Both the position numbers and the translations under genes were made by a program. A stretch of DNA of 64,000 bases. Origin: Clostridia bacterium. GTDB lineage: Bacteria; Bacillota; Clostridia; UMGS1883; UMGS1540. The DNA lies in the NCBI GenBank assembly GCA_045531205.1, contig JAZSDN010000050.1, positions 6,407 to 70,406 of the forward strand. Direction: 5' to 3'. Below are positions 22,068 to 30,442 of this stretch, in pieces (within the stretch, counting starts at the first letter, position 1; each line of letters begins with the position of its first letter). Below the pieces are notes generated by a model. The model was not told the DNA's origin, did no database searches, and was given only the letters and a program-made list of their open reading frames with translations.

Positions 22068-22919
22068 ATGCAGTATTACGCTTTGCTTATTATAGCAGTA
22101 GTTTTTTCGTCATTTCAAAGTATTTTTAATCAAAAATTTCAAAAATACGAAGGTAACAATGTAACAAGTGCATTGAATTTTGCAGGTTTTAGTTATTTTA
22201 CTATTTTTATTATAATCCTTTTTATGTCGGGCTTTAAAATACGTTTTAATTTTTTTGCACTTTTTATTGCTCTTTTTTACGGCTGTCTTAATGTGGGACA
22301 TTGCTATTTTGCATTAAAAGCATTTTCAAAAGTAAATTTATCAGTATTTTCTATATTTAATATGCTCGGCGGAATGCTTCTCCCCTTTTGTGCAGGAATA
22401 ATTTTTTCAAACGAAAACATTACCTTATTTAAGTTATTTTCGTGTTTTACAATAATTTTATCTATTATTTTGCAATTCAGAAAAGGCAAATCCTTTTTTT
22501 CGGGTATATTATATTGCCTGGCTGTATTTTTCTGTAACGGAATATGTGGAGTTTTGTCATTTATTCATCAGTCAAACCAAAGTCTTGCAACAGATTCATT
22601 AAGCTTTATGGCGTCTTATTCACTATTTACTGCAATAATATGCTTTGTATGGCTTATGTGTAAAAATAAAAAAATAGTTTTACCTTCAAGGCAAGGCTTG
22701 TCTTGTTCCTTTGGATACGCAGTATGTTGCGGAACAGGTAATCTTTTATCATTAATTGCTTTAAAACATCTGCCTGCATCCGTACAATATCCATTCTTAA
22801 CAGGTGGCGTAATTATTTTCTCGTTTATAATAAGCATACTGCAAAAAGAAAAGGTTTCTTTAAAATCTGTTGTGTCGGTCCTTCTTGCATTTTTGGCAAC
22901 ATTATTTATAGTTCTTTAA
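22068..22919 (+). CDS. Polytopic membrane protein, probably DMT/EamA-like
   Basis: 283 aa with about 10 hydrophobic segments. The family call rests on topology and length only. Confidence 0.35.
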   Translation: MQYYALLIIAVVFSSFQSIFNQKFQKYEGNNVTSALNFAGFSYFTIFIIILFMSGFKIRFNFFALFIALFYGCLNVGHCYFALKAFSKVNLSVFSIFNMLGGMLLPFCAGIIFSNENITLFKLFSCFTIILSIILQFRKGKSFFSGILYCLAVFFCNGICGVLSFIHQSNQSLATDSLSFMASYSLFTAIICFVWLMCKNKKIVLPSRQGLSCSFGYAVCCGTGNLLSLIALKHLPASVQYPFLTGGVIIFSFIISILQKEKVSLKSVVSVLLAFLATLFIVL

Positions 22920-22944
22920 AAACACGCCCGCATGGGCGTTTTTT
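22917..22944. terminator. Bidirectional terminator between convergent genes
   Basis: AAAAACACGCCCGCATGGGCGTTTTTT: a GC-rich 6-bp stem with flanking A and T runs. Confidence 0.6.
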
Positions 22945-24223
22945 AGTCTATAATGTATTCTTTTTCTTCGGTAACAGGATTCCCTAACAGGCTTTCCCAC
23001 CAGAACACTTTTATCTTATTGCCTGCTTTTATATTTTTTAAAGAAACAGGCAAAACTTCAAGTGCGTTATGATATTCCAACTTTAAAAATCTATCATCAC
23101 CATCATATACTGCAACAATTACAAGTCCTTTGGTAAGGCTTGAATTTATATCAAAATCCAGATTTCCATCTGCAAAAATTACATTTGAAATTGAAAAATT
23201 GATTCCCAAAACATCTTCAAAAGCCATAACTTTTCCGGAATCAGCAAAGAATGCTGCGTCCTTTATAATTAAATCTGACGCATAAGGCGTTTCTTTTTTT
23301 TCAAAACACAAATATACCATTGTGTCATTTTCAAAATTATATAAATTATGTCTTGCAAAAACAAGGTTTAGTCTGCCTTGCACGTTTTTTGTAAAAACAG
23401 AGCCAAAATCAGACTCACAAGACACAAATTCAAGCTTGCTCGAATTATATTCAATAACTAATTCTGCAGCATTCATTTCGCCTGTTACCTTTATGGGAAC
23501 CTTGTATCCGTTTTTGTAAGAAATGAATTCAGCAGGTTTTATGCTTGTGCTGGCAATTTTTTCAGCACAAGAAAAATTATTCAAATTATTTACTATATGT
23601 TCACCAAGAAGATTAAAATCTGTTTTATCGGTTATTCCGCTGTCATCAATATCCCCGGCAGTTATGTCACGGTATTCTTTTGGATGCAAAAATATTACCA
23701 AATCGTGTGCCGAAATTTTTTCGTCAGCATCGGTATCGCCTTTTGAATAAAGCAAGCTTCTGCCATTTGAATTATGCATACTTACAAGCTTTTCGTCCAA
23801 AGACTCTATGCTTGCATCATTTGACAAAACCTTTAAATCAAAAGAATACAAAAGCCCGTCCAAAGCCCTGCAGTTAGAAGGTTTTACCCATACAAATTTC
23901 ACAAACTCAAGGTCTTCGACGTTGTTTCCTGCATTCGGATCAATATTTGTTGCGGCAGAGCCACCGGCAAAAACATTGTTTGATTTTCTTAAGCTTCCCA
24001 TTACAGGCTCAAGCTTTCCTTTTTCAAACCAAACTTCGTAAACCATAGTGGCAAATCCCGGATTGTTTTTTATGTAAACGTTACAGGTAATTGTATTCCC
24101 TTCAAAAAAGTCTCCATCAAATTCAGCATAAACAGTAGGCGGCTCTGCCCCTATTTGCGCAAATGAAATTAATGGACACAGCAGAATTATTATTGCTGTA
24201 AATACACTTATAAATTTTTTCAT
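22943..24223 (-). CDS. Secreted protein with an internal dockerin module flanked by beta-rich (cohesin-like?) modules
   Basis: 426 aa with a signal peptide (MKKFISVFTAIIILLCPLISFA). There are two EF-hand-like Ca-binding dockerin repeats, GDTDADEKISAHDLVIF and GDIDDSGITDKTDFNLLGEHIV. Assignment of the flanking modules is tentative. Confidence 0.6.
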   Translation of the reverse strand: MKKFISVFTAIIILLCPLISFAQIGAEPPTVYAEFDGDFFEGNTITCNVYIKNNPGFATMVYEVWFEKGKLEPVMGSLRKSNNVFAGGSAATNIDPNAGNNVEDLEFVKFVWVKPSNCRALDGLLYSFDLKVLSNDASIESLDEKLVSMHNSNGRSLLYSKGDTDADEKISAHDLVIFLHPKEYRDITAGDIDDSGITDKTDFNLLGEHIVNNLNNFSCAEKIASTSIKPAEFISYKNGYKVPIKVTGEMNAAELVIEYNSSKLEFVSCESDFGSVFTKNVQGRLNLVFARHNLYNFENDTMVYLCFEKKETPYASDLIIKDAAFFADSGKVMAFEDVLGINFSISNVIFADGNLDFDINSSLTKGLVIVAVYDGDDRFLKLEYHNALEVLPVSLKNIKAGNKIKVFWWESLLGNPVTEEKEYIID

Positions 24224-24241
24224 AACTGTTCCTTTCGATAA

Positions 24242-25159
24242 TTAAATTACCTTTTCAAAAACTCTTTTAAAATTATGGAAGGTTATTTTTCTTATAATTT
24301 CTTCGCTGTAGTTTAATTTAAGAAGTTCATTTATTACTTTTAAATGGTCTCTGACTCCGTTTATTCCTGCGGGTAGATTTCCGTCTACTCCGTCAAAGTC
24401 GGCGCCAAATCCCACGTTATTTTCACCGCCAAGTTCCATAAAATGTTCAATATGCTTTATAATATCAGAAATTTTTGCTCTTGTTTTACTGTTCAAAAAA
24501 TTCGAACAGTAATTTATTCCCGCAACACCGCCTGATGAAATCAAAGCTTTAAATTGTTCGTCAGTAAGATTTCTTGAATGCGGGCATACAGCATACGAGT
24601 TTGAGTGGGATGCTATTACAGGTTTTGTTGCTAATTCCAAAACATCATAAAAGCCTTTTTCGGATATGTGAGATAAATCAATCATTATCCCCTTTTCTTG
24701 CATTTGTAAAACAAGTTCTCTTCCAAACCGGGTAAGACCGGGCACTTCGGCAGATGTGCAGTTTGTATCGCTTACCCCGTTTAAATTATTCCAGGTAAGT
24801 GTCATACATCTTACACCTTTATTGTAGAGTATGTCAAGATTTTTTAAATCTTTATTTAATGCCTCTGCCCCTTCAATTCCAATAATTACACTGTTTTTAT
24901 GTTTGGAAAAATCAGATGCTTTTCTTATTATTTTAAAAATTCCAAAATCTTCCTGCGTAGCAAAAAACGAAAGTTTTTCCAATATGGTGCTCCATTTGTC
25001 ACCATTTATTGATGCAGGACAAATATTTGATACTGCAACAGTGCTATTATAAACCGAAGCTTTCTCGAAGCTGAACTCACACTCTGTATTGTAAAGGTTT
25101 TCACCTTTTTTCATTTCTAAAATTGTGTCATTATGTCCGTCAAATAAATCAAAATGCAT
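24242..25159 (-). CDS. Membrane dipeptidase family (peptidase M19)
   Basis: 305 aa. ...FDGHNDT... N-terminal metal-binding motif, and ...DLSH... and ...GADFDG... motifs typical of the renal-dipeptidase family. Confidence 0.85.
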   Translation of the reverse strand: MHFDLFDGHNDTILEMKKGENLYNTECEFSFEKASVYNSTVAVSNICPASINGDKWSTILEKLSFFATQEDFGIFKIIRKASDFSKHKNSVIIGIEGAEALNKDLKNLDILYNKGVRCMTLTWNNLNGVSDTNCTSAEVPGLTRFGRELVLQMQEKGIMIDLSHISEKGFYDVLELATKPVIASHSNSYAVCPHSRNLTDEQFKALISSGGVAGINYCSNFLNSKTRAKISDIIKHIEHFMELGGENNVGFGADFDGVDGNLPAGINGVRDHLKVINELLKLNYSEEIIRKITFHNFKRVFEKVI

Positions 25160-25511
25160 TCTTAATTACCTCTATGCTGTCGGGTTTGAATATTTTTTTG
25201 CCTGCATCTCCCGTTATTGCAACAACGTCAAACCTTACAGGAATGTCAGGATTTTTTATTATATAAAGATTAGCTGTTTTTCGTATTTTTTCTATTTTTG
25301 AAGGTGTGATAGCACCAAGTGCTCCCCCAAAATCATTACTTTTGCGAAGCTTAACCTCAATAAAAACAAGATATTCTTTATCTTTGGCAATAATGTCTAT
25401 TTCCCCAAAGCGACAAGAAAAATTTCTTTCTATAATCTTGTATCCGTGGCGTTTTAAATAACGCACTGCGGCTTTTTCGCCTATATCTCCTAAAAATCTT
25501 TTAAGTATCAT
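25149..25511 (-). CDS. yraN: YraN family (UPF0102) endonuclease-like protein
   Basis: 120 aa. ...GEKAAVRYLKRHGYKIIERNFSCRFGEIDIIA...VFIEVK... is the YraN signature. Follows rnhB, as is common. Confidence 0.85.
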   Translation of the reverse strand: MILKRFLGDIGEKAAVRYLKRHGYKIIERNFSCRFGEIDIIAKDKEYLVFIEVKLRKSNDFGGALGAITPSKIEKIRKTANLYIIKNPDIPVRFDVVAITGDAGKKIFKPDSIEVIKNAF

Positions 25512-26137
25512 TTTTCAAGTATCTTTCCTATAAAGGTTTTTCTGTGTATTTCACACGGACCATATTCCTTTAAAGCTTTTATATGTTCAGCTGTGCCATA
25601 TCCCTTGTGCTTTGCAAAATTATATTCAGGATATTTTTCGGAAAGTGCAACAATTTCTCTGTCCCTCGAAACCTTTGCAAGTATTGATGCTGCAGATATA
25701 CTTATGCTTTTTGAATCACCTTTTACAACACATTCGAAAGGAATTTCACTTTTGTAAAAACGGTTACCGTCAACAAGTAAAAATTCAGGTTTTACCGAAA
25801 GTGCATCTACTGCTCTTTTCATTGCAAGATATGTAGCATTAAGAATATTGTATTCATCTATTTCTTCAGCACTTGCTCTTCCGACTCCCCAGGAAATTGC
25901 ATTGCTTGTTATCACGTCAAAAAGTAATTCCCTCTTTTTTTCGGAAAGCTTTTTAGAATCGTTTATGCCTTCAATTATTAAACCCTTCGGTAAAATAACT
26001 GCTCCCGCAAAAACATCTCCTGCCAAAGGTCCTCTGCCTGCTTCATCAATACCTGCAATAACGCTGTAGCCTTTATTGAAAAAGTCTTGCTCAAAACTTA
26101 TCATTTCAAGAACTCTTTCCTTTTCTCCTTCTTTCAA
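25508..26137 (-). CDS. rnhB: Ribonuclease HII
   Basis: AGIDEAGRGPLAGDV catalytic motif. The start is uncertain: TTG at 26137 per the track, or ATG at 26104 (MISFEQD...). Confidence 0.93.
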   Translation of the reverse strand: MKEGEKERVLEMISFEQDFFNKGYSVIAGIDEAGRGPLAGDVFAGAVILPKGLIIEGINDSKKLSEKKRELLFDVITSNAISWGVGRASAEEIDEYNILNATYLAMKRAVDALSVKPEFLLVDGNRFYKSEIPFECVVKGDSKSISISAASILAKVSRDREIVALSEKYPEYNFAKHKGYGTAEHIKALKEYGPCEIHRKTFIGKILEK

Positions 26138-26219
26138 ATAAAATACCTTCTTTCAGTATACATATAATATTTATATTAACTTACACTAGCTACAATTTTT
26201 TAAAAACCTCAAATCATTC

Positions 26220-26248
26220 TTGCAATTTTCTTTACAGTGTGTTATACT
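26220..26248 (+). promoter_or_regulatory. Sigma-A type promoter upstream of pnuC
   Basis: TTGCAA (26220-26225), 17-nt spacer ending in TGT, TATACT (26243-26248). Confidence 0.55.
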
Positions 26249-26296
26249 GCAATAAATTAAATATTTAAACTGCCACCGGGTAGTCGATGTTTTTTA

Positions 26297-26354
26297 GCAT
26301 TCGTTTGTATATCGTTAGGTCTTAGAAGATATACTTGCGAATGTTTGTTTTTTA
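26297..26354 (+). terminator. Leader terminator/attenuator hairpin immediately upstream of the pnuC SD
   Basis: GCATTCGTTTGTATATC...GATATACTTGCGAATG. This is an approximately 16-bp imperfect stem with a 2x2 internal loop, followed by TTTGTTTTTTAT. SD GGAGG and the GTG start follow within 15 nt. Confidence 0.55.
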
Positions 26355-26366
26355 TGGAGGTTTATT

Positions 26367-27053
26367 GTGAATAAATTAAAAACATATTTTTCAAAAACTG
26401 ACTTTGCTTTATGGGTATCTTCTGCAATACTTATTATAGTTTCATTCTGTATATTTGACAGAAAAAGTTATCTGACCCTTTGTGCATCACTTATTGGTGT
26501 TACATCGCTTATTTTTAATGCTAAAGGAAACCCTTTGGGGCAGTTTCTAATGATAATTTTTAGTATTATTTACGGAATTATCTCCTATACTTTTCGTTAT
26601 TACGGAGAAATGATAACCTATCTTGGCATGACAATGCCTATGGCTTTTTTGGCACTTATTTCATGGCTTAAAAATCCGTATAACGGAAACAAAGCGGAAG
26701 TAAAGGTAAATACATTAACTGTAAAAGAAAATGTTTTTTTATGGTTAATTACCGCTATAGTTACTGTTATTTTTTATTTTATACTAAAATACTTTAACAC
26801 CGCAAATATAATTCCAAGCACTCTTTCTGTTACAACAAGCTTTCTTGCTGTATATCTTACATTCAGACGAAGCCCCTATTTTGCTTTGGCTTATGCTGCA
26901 AACGATATTGTACTGATAGCGTTGTGGGTGTTAGCTAGTTTTTATGATATACGATACATATCTGTAGTCGTTTGCTTTGTATCCTTTCTTTTTAACGATA
27001 TATATGGCTACATAAACTGGCAAAAAATGAAAGTTCGGCAAAACAAATCATAA
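26367..27053 (+). CDS. pnuC: PnuC-family nicotinamide riboside transporter
   Basis: 228 aa with about 7-8 TM segments. PnuC-like features (...ISWLKNPY..., ...AANDIVLIALWV..., ...FLFNDIYGYINWQKM). GTG start. Confidence 0.72.
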   Translation: MNKLKTYFSKTDFALWVSSAILIIVSFCIFDRKSYLTLCASLIGVTSLIFNAKGNPLGQFLMIIFSIIYGIISYTFRYYGEMITYLGMTMPMAFLALISWLKNPYNGNKAEVKVNTLTVKENVFLWLITAIVTVIFYFILKYFNTANIIPSTLSVTTSFLAVYLTFRRSPYFALAYAANDIVLIALWVLASFYDIRYISVVVCFVSFLFNDIYGYINWQKMKVRQNKS

Positions 27054-27060
27054 ATTTAAT

Positions 27061-28719
27061 TTATTTTGTAGAGTCTTTTTCAGATAATTTTCTTGCCATT
27101 TCAAGTGCTTCGTCAATATTTAGGGCAAAGTTTTCTTCTCCTACTTTATCATAAAAGCCTGATTTTTTCATTACCGAAAGCGGTTGCTCGTTAACGTGTG
27201 AGAAAATAACTGCAATTTTGTTTTCTGCACAAAAATCGTAAACCTTAATAAGAGTTTGAAGTGCCGAAACGTCAATTGTAGGCACGCTTCTCATTCTAAG
27301 AATAATTGCTTTGTAACCTGATTTTATAGGAATTGAAGCAACAATATCACTTGTTGCAAAAAACATAGGTCCGTCAATTTCGAAAACCTGTGTTTTCTTT
27401 GGAACCTCTTTTAATCTTTCTCTTGCATTTTCTTCTGCTTCATCAGCCTTTGTCCACGGTCTTACGTGGGTAACCTCTGTCATTCTTTTCATAAAAAGAA
27501 TGACTGCAAGCAAAAGCCCAATTTCAATAGCAACCACCAAATCAAATACAACTGTTAAAACAAAGGTTAAAACAAGTACTATAATATCGCTTTTGGGTGC
27601 AGTTTTGCAGATTTTAACAAACTGACGCCACTCGCTCATATTATAAGCTACCATAAACAATACAGCCGCAATAACAGGCATTGGAATCCATGCTGCATAA
27701 GGCATTAAAACAACTAAAACAAGAAGTAATACAATAGCGTGAACAATGCCTGATACGGGTGTTTTTCCACCGTTTTTAACATTTGCTGCAGTTCTTGCAA
27801 TGGCGCCCGTTGCGGGAATTCCGCCAAATAATCCAGAGAAAATGTTACCTGCACCCTGGGCTATCAGCTCTGTATTTGAATGATGCTTATCCCATATCAT
27901 TCCGTCCGAAACAACGCACGAAAGAAGTGATTCAATAGCCGCAAGTATTGCAATTGTAAATGCACTTGGCACAAGCTGTTTTATCATTGCAAAATTTATC
28001 TCGGGCACGGAAAAAGCAGGAAGTGATTTTGAAATTGTATATAAATCACCAATTGTATTTACCTGCATTTGCAAAGCTTTTACCATTACTGTTCCTACAA
28101 TAACCGCAATAAGAGATCCGGGTATTTTTTTTGACACCTTTGGCCATATAATTAAAATTAAAAGTGCAACAGCTCCAACCAAAACAGCTTGCCAGTTTAT
28201 TGTGAATAAAGACTTTGCAACACAGGATAGCTTCTCTATAGTTTCAACCGCGTGTGCACCTTCCGGGAATGTAAGTCCCATAAAGTCTTTAAGCTGACCT
28301 ATTAAAATTGTAACCGCGATACCTGATGTAAAGCCCGTTGTAATTGTGTGAGGTATGTACTTTATTAAAGCTCCAAGTCTGAATAAACCCATTAAAATCA
28401 GAATAATGCCTGCCATAATGGTTGCAATAACAAGTCCCTCTGTGCCAAATGTTGCTACAATTCCTGCAACAATTGTAGCAAAAGCAGCGGTAGGACCTGA
28501 AATATTTACTTTACTTCCGCCTAAAAGGGCAATTACAAAGCCTGCTACAATCGCAGTATAAAGTCCTTTTTCGGGAGCAACCCCTGATGCAATTGCTAAA
28601 GCTATTGAAAGCGGCAATGCTATAATTGCTACAATAATACCTGCTACCACATCGGAAGCAAATGTCTTCATATTATAATTTTTAAGTTCCGAAAAAAGCT
28701 TAGGACTGAAAATGTTCAT
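27061..28719 (-). CDS. SulP family inorganic anion transporter with a C-terminal STAS domain
   Basis: 552 aa. N-terminus ...DVVAGIIVAIIALPLSIALAIASGV... and a C-terminal STAS-like region. Confidence 0.9.
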   Translation of the reverse strand: MNIFSPKLFSELKNYNMKTFASDVVAGIIVAIIALPLSIALAIASGVAPEKGLYTAIVAGFVIALLGGSKVNISGPTAAFATIVAGIVATFGTEGLVIATIMAGIILILMGLFRLGALIKYIPHTITTGFTSGIAVTILIGQLKDFMGLTFPEGAHAVETIEKLSCVAKSLFTINWQAVLVGAVALLILIIWPKVSKKIPGSLIAVIVGTVMVKALQMQVNTIGDLYTISKSLPAFSVPEINFAMIKQLVPSAFTIAILAAIESLLSCVVSDGMIWDKHHSNTELIAQGAGNIFSGLFGGIPATGAIARTAANVKNGGKTPVSGIVHAIVLLLVLVVLMPYAAWIPMPVIAAVLFMVAYNMSEWRQFVKICKTAPKSDIIVLVLTFVLTVVFDLVVAIEIGLLLAVILFMKRMTEVTHVRPWTKADEAEENARERLKEVPKKTQVFEIDGPMFFATSDIVASIPIKSGYKAIILRMRSVPTIDVSALQTLIKVYDFCAENKIAVIFSHVNEQPLSVMKKSGFYDKVGEENFALNIDEALEMARKLSEKDSTK

Positions 28720-28754
28720 AGTTTACGCTCCTTATGTCAATAAATCAAGAGAAG

Positions 28755-29288
28755 TTATTTGCAAAACTTTTCTACGTAGTTGTTAATGGCTTTATCAATT
28801 ATTTTAATTGACGTTTCGTGACCGCTTACTTCGTTTACAGCGGTTTCTTTATTTTCAAGATTTTTATATACGCTGAAAAAGTGACTCATTTCGTCAAAAA
28901 CATGCCCCGGAAGTTCTGTTATATCTTTATACATATTATAGTTCGGATCACTAAATGGAATTGCAATGATTTTTTCGTCATTACGTCCATTATCTATCAT
29001 TGAAATAACCCCTATAGGATACGCACGGACAAGTGTCATTGGTTCAATTTGCTCTGAACAAAGCAAAAGCACATCCAGAGGGTCGTTATCATCGCCATAA
29101 GTACGAGGAATAAAGCCATAGTTTGCAGGATAATGAGTTGAGGTGTACAAAATTCTGTCCAGCATAAGATAACCCGTTTCCTTATCCAGCTCGTATTTTT
29201 TCTTACTTCCTTTTGAAATTTCTATAACGCAAATAAAATCTTCTGCGTGTATTCTTTTCGGGGAAATATCGTGCCATATATTCGACAT
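28755..29288 (-). CDS. ppa: Inorganic diphosphatase (family I)
   Basis: 177 aa. ...YPANYGFIP...DNDPLDVLLL... active-site motifs. Confidence 0.93.
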   Translation of the reverse strand: MSNIWHDISPKRIHAEDFICVIEISKGSKKKYELDKETGYLMLDRILYTSTHYPANYGFIPRTYGDDNDPLDVLLLCSEQIEPMTLVRAYPIGVISMIDNGRNDEKIIAIPFSDPNYNMYKDITELPGHVFDEMSHFFSVYKNLENKETAVNEVSGHETSIKIIDKAINNYVEKFCK

Positions 29289-29480
29289 TTTTCTAACTCC
29301 TTTTTAATTATGCTTTAATTGTTAATGTATTTTTCACAAGAGCTTTTATCTTCTTGCAGATTTAATATTGTATATTCTATAAAATTAAGTAAATTCCTTT
29401 ATATAAAGACTGTAGAATCTAGATGCCAGTTGTTTAAGTTGAAAGTTCGTGTTAAGTTAGAAACAAAGAGCTTTATTTTC

Positions 29481-30245
29481 TTAATCTACATACTCGCCAA
29501 GTTCTTTTAATTTTGTGATAATATCCTCTTTTTCTTTTTCAAGTTCTTTTATCTCTTTTTTATACCTATCAACATCACTTTTATATGTATTTATACTTAC
29601 ATTGCGTGTTTCTATTGTTCCGTAGCACACCTCCTGAGCTCCTCTTAACACACCAATATCCCCACTTTTAGTTGGACTAGTGCTTTTTTCCAATTCTGTA
29701 ATCCTCTTTTCATATTCCGCGATTTCATTATATTCGTCTTGTATATCATTTTCTAATTCAATGATTCTTTCTTCATTGTTAGATATATCGTTAGTCCGAT
29801 ATGAAATTGTACTATCAATCGACTCTAACCGATTTTTCAATTTATTCACATACTCCGCATATTCTTTCTTTTCTTGAGCAAGGTTTTCTTGCTTTTCTTT
29901 TTCAGCCTTAATCTTGTTCAAATTTGTTTGAATTTCTTGTTGTTTTTCTTCATTTCTATAGAAAATGCTTGTTGTCTTTTCCTTTAAATCAATCAAAGTG
30001 AGTACATCATTTTTCACTGTATACCTATATTCTGATGCCATACCCCAAAAGGAAATTGAAAGGTTATCTTCACCATATAATGAATAATCCATAGACATAC
30101 CATCAGATATTACTTTTCCATTAGAGTTAAATGATATTGTTTCTCCATTTTCAGCCATCCAATATCCCTCTACGGTTTCTTGCTCTTTGGTACATCCTGA
30201 AAGGATTAAAACCATCATTAATAATCCAATTATAAGTTTTCTCAT
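29481..30245 (-). CDS. Lipoprotein with an N-terminal beta-rich module and a long C-terminal coiled coil
   Basis: 254 aa. Lipobox LILSGC at residues 13-18. The C-terminal half is E/K-rich with heptad character (…EKEKQENLAQEKKEYAEYVNKLKNRLE…KKEIKELEKEKEDIITKLKEL). No family recognised. Confidence 0.55.
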   Translation of the reverse strand: MRKLIIGLLMMVLILSGCTKEQETVEGYWMAENGETISFNSNGKVISDGMSMDYSLYGEDNLSISFWGMASEYRYTVKNDVLTLIDLKEKTTSIFYRNEEKQQEIQTNLNKIKAEKEKQENLAQEKKEYAEYVNKLKNRLESIDSTISYRTNDISNNEERIIELENDIQDEYNEIAEYEKRITELEKSTSPTKSGDIGVLRGAQEVCYGTIETRNVSINTYKSDVDRYKKEIKELEKEKEDIITKLKELGEYVD

Positions 30246-30268
30246 TCGTTACACCTCTCAGTTATTCT

Positions 30269-30285
30269 TTCGACAATATTCGACA
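30269..30285 (-). promoter_or_regulatory. Two tandem perfect Spo0A boxes (TGTCGAA-TAT-TGTCGAA) at the lipoprotein gene promoter
   Basis: The minus strand reads TGTCGAATATTGTCGAA. Each heptamer fits the 0A box TGNCGAA, and spacing is 10 bp centre to centre. A TTGACA hexamer lies 17 nt upstream of TCGAAT, so the boxes overlap the -10/start region. The repeat ends about 24 nt before the ATG. Confidence 0.5.
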
Positions 30286-30442
30286 CTCTTTCTATGATTT
30301 TGTCAAGTCAGGTTAAAAAATATATAAATTGCAAATTTTTAATTTAATTTGTTTCTTAGCAAAAGAGCGTATTTAAAAATAAATTTATTTTCTAAAAAGT
30401 GGCTCGTTTGTCCCATTAGACAAGCATAAAATTTCGTAACAT

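Noticed and set aside
29278-29290. A single Spo0A-box heptamer, TGTCGAA, coinciding with the ppa start codon (ATGTCGAATAT). Another single TTCGACA lies inside the activase gene near 48100.
   Set aside because: Isolated 7-mers of this kind are expected several times by chance in 128 kb of two-strand sequence. These ones are inside or at coding sequence, with no phased partner.
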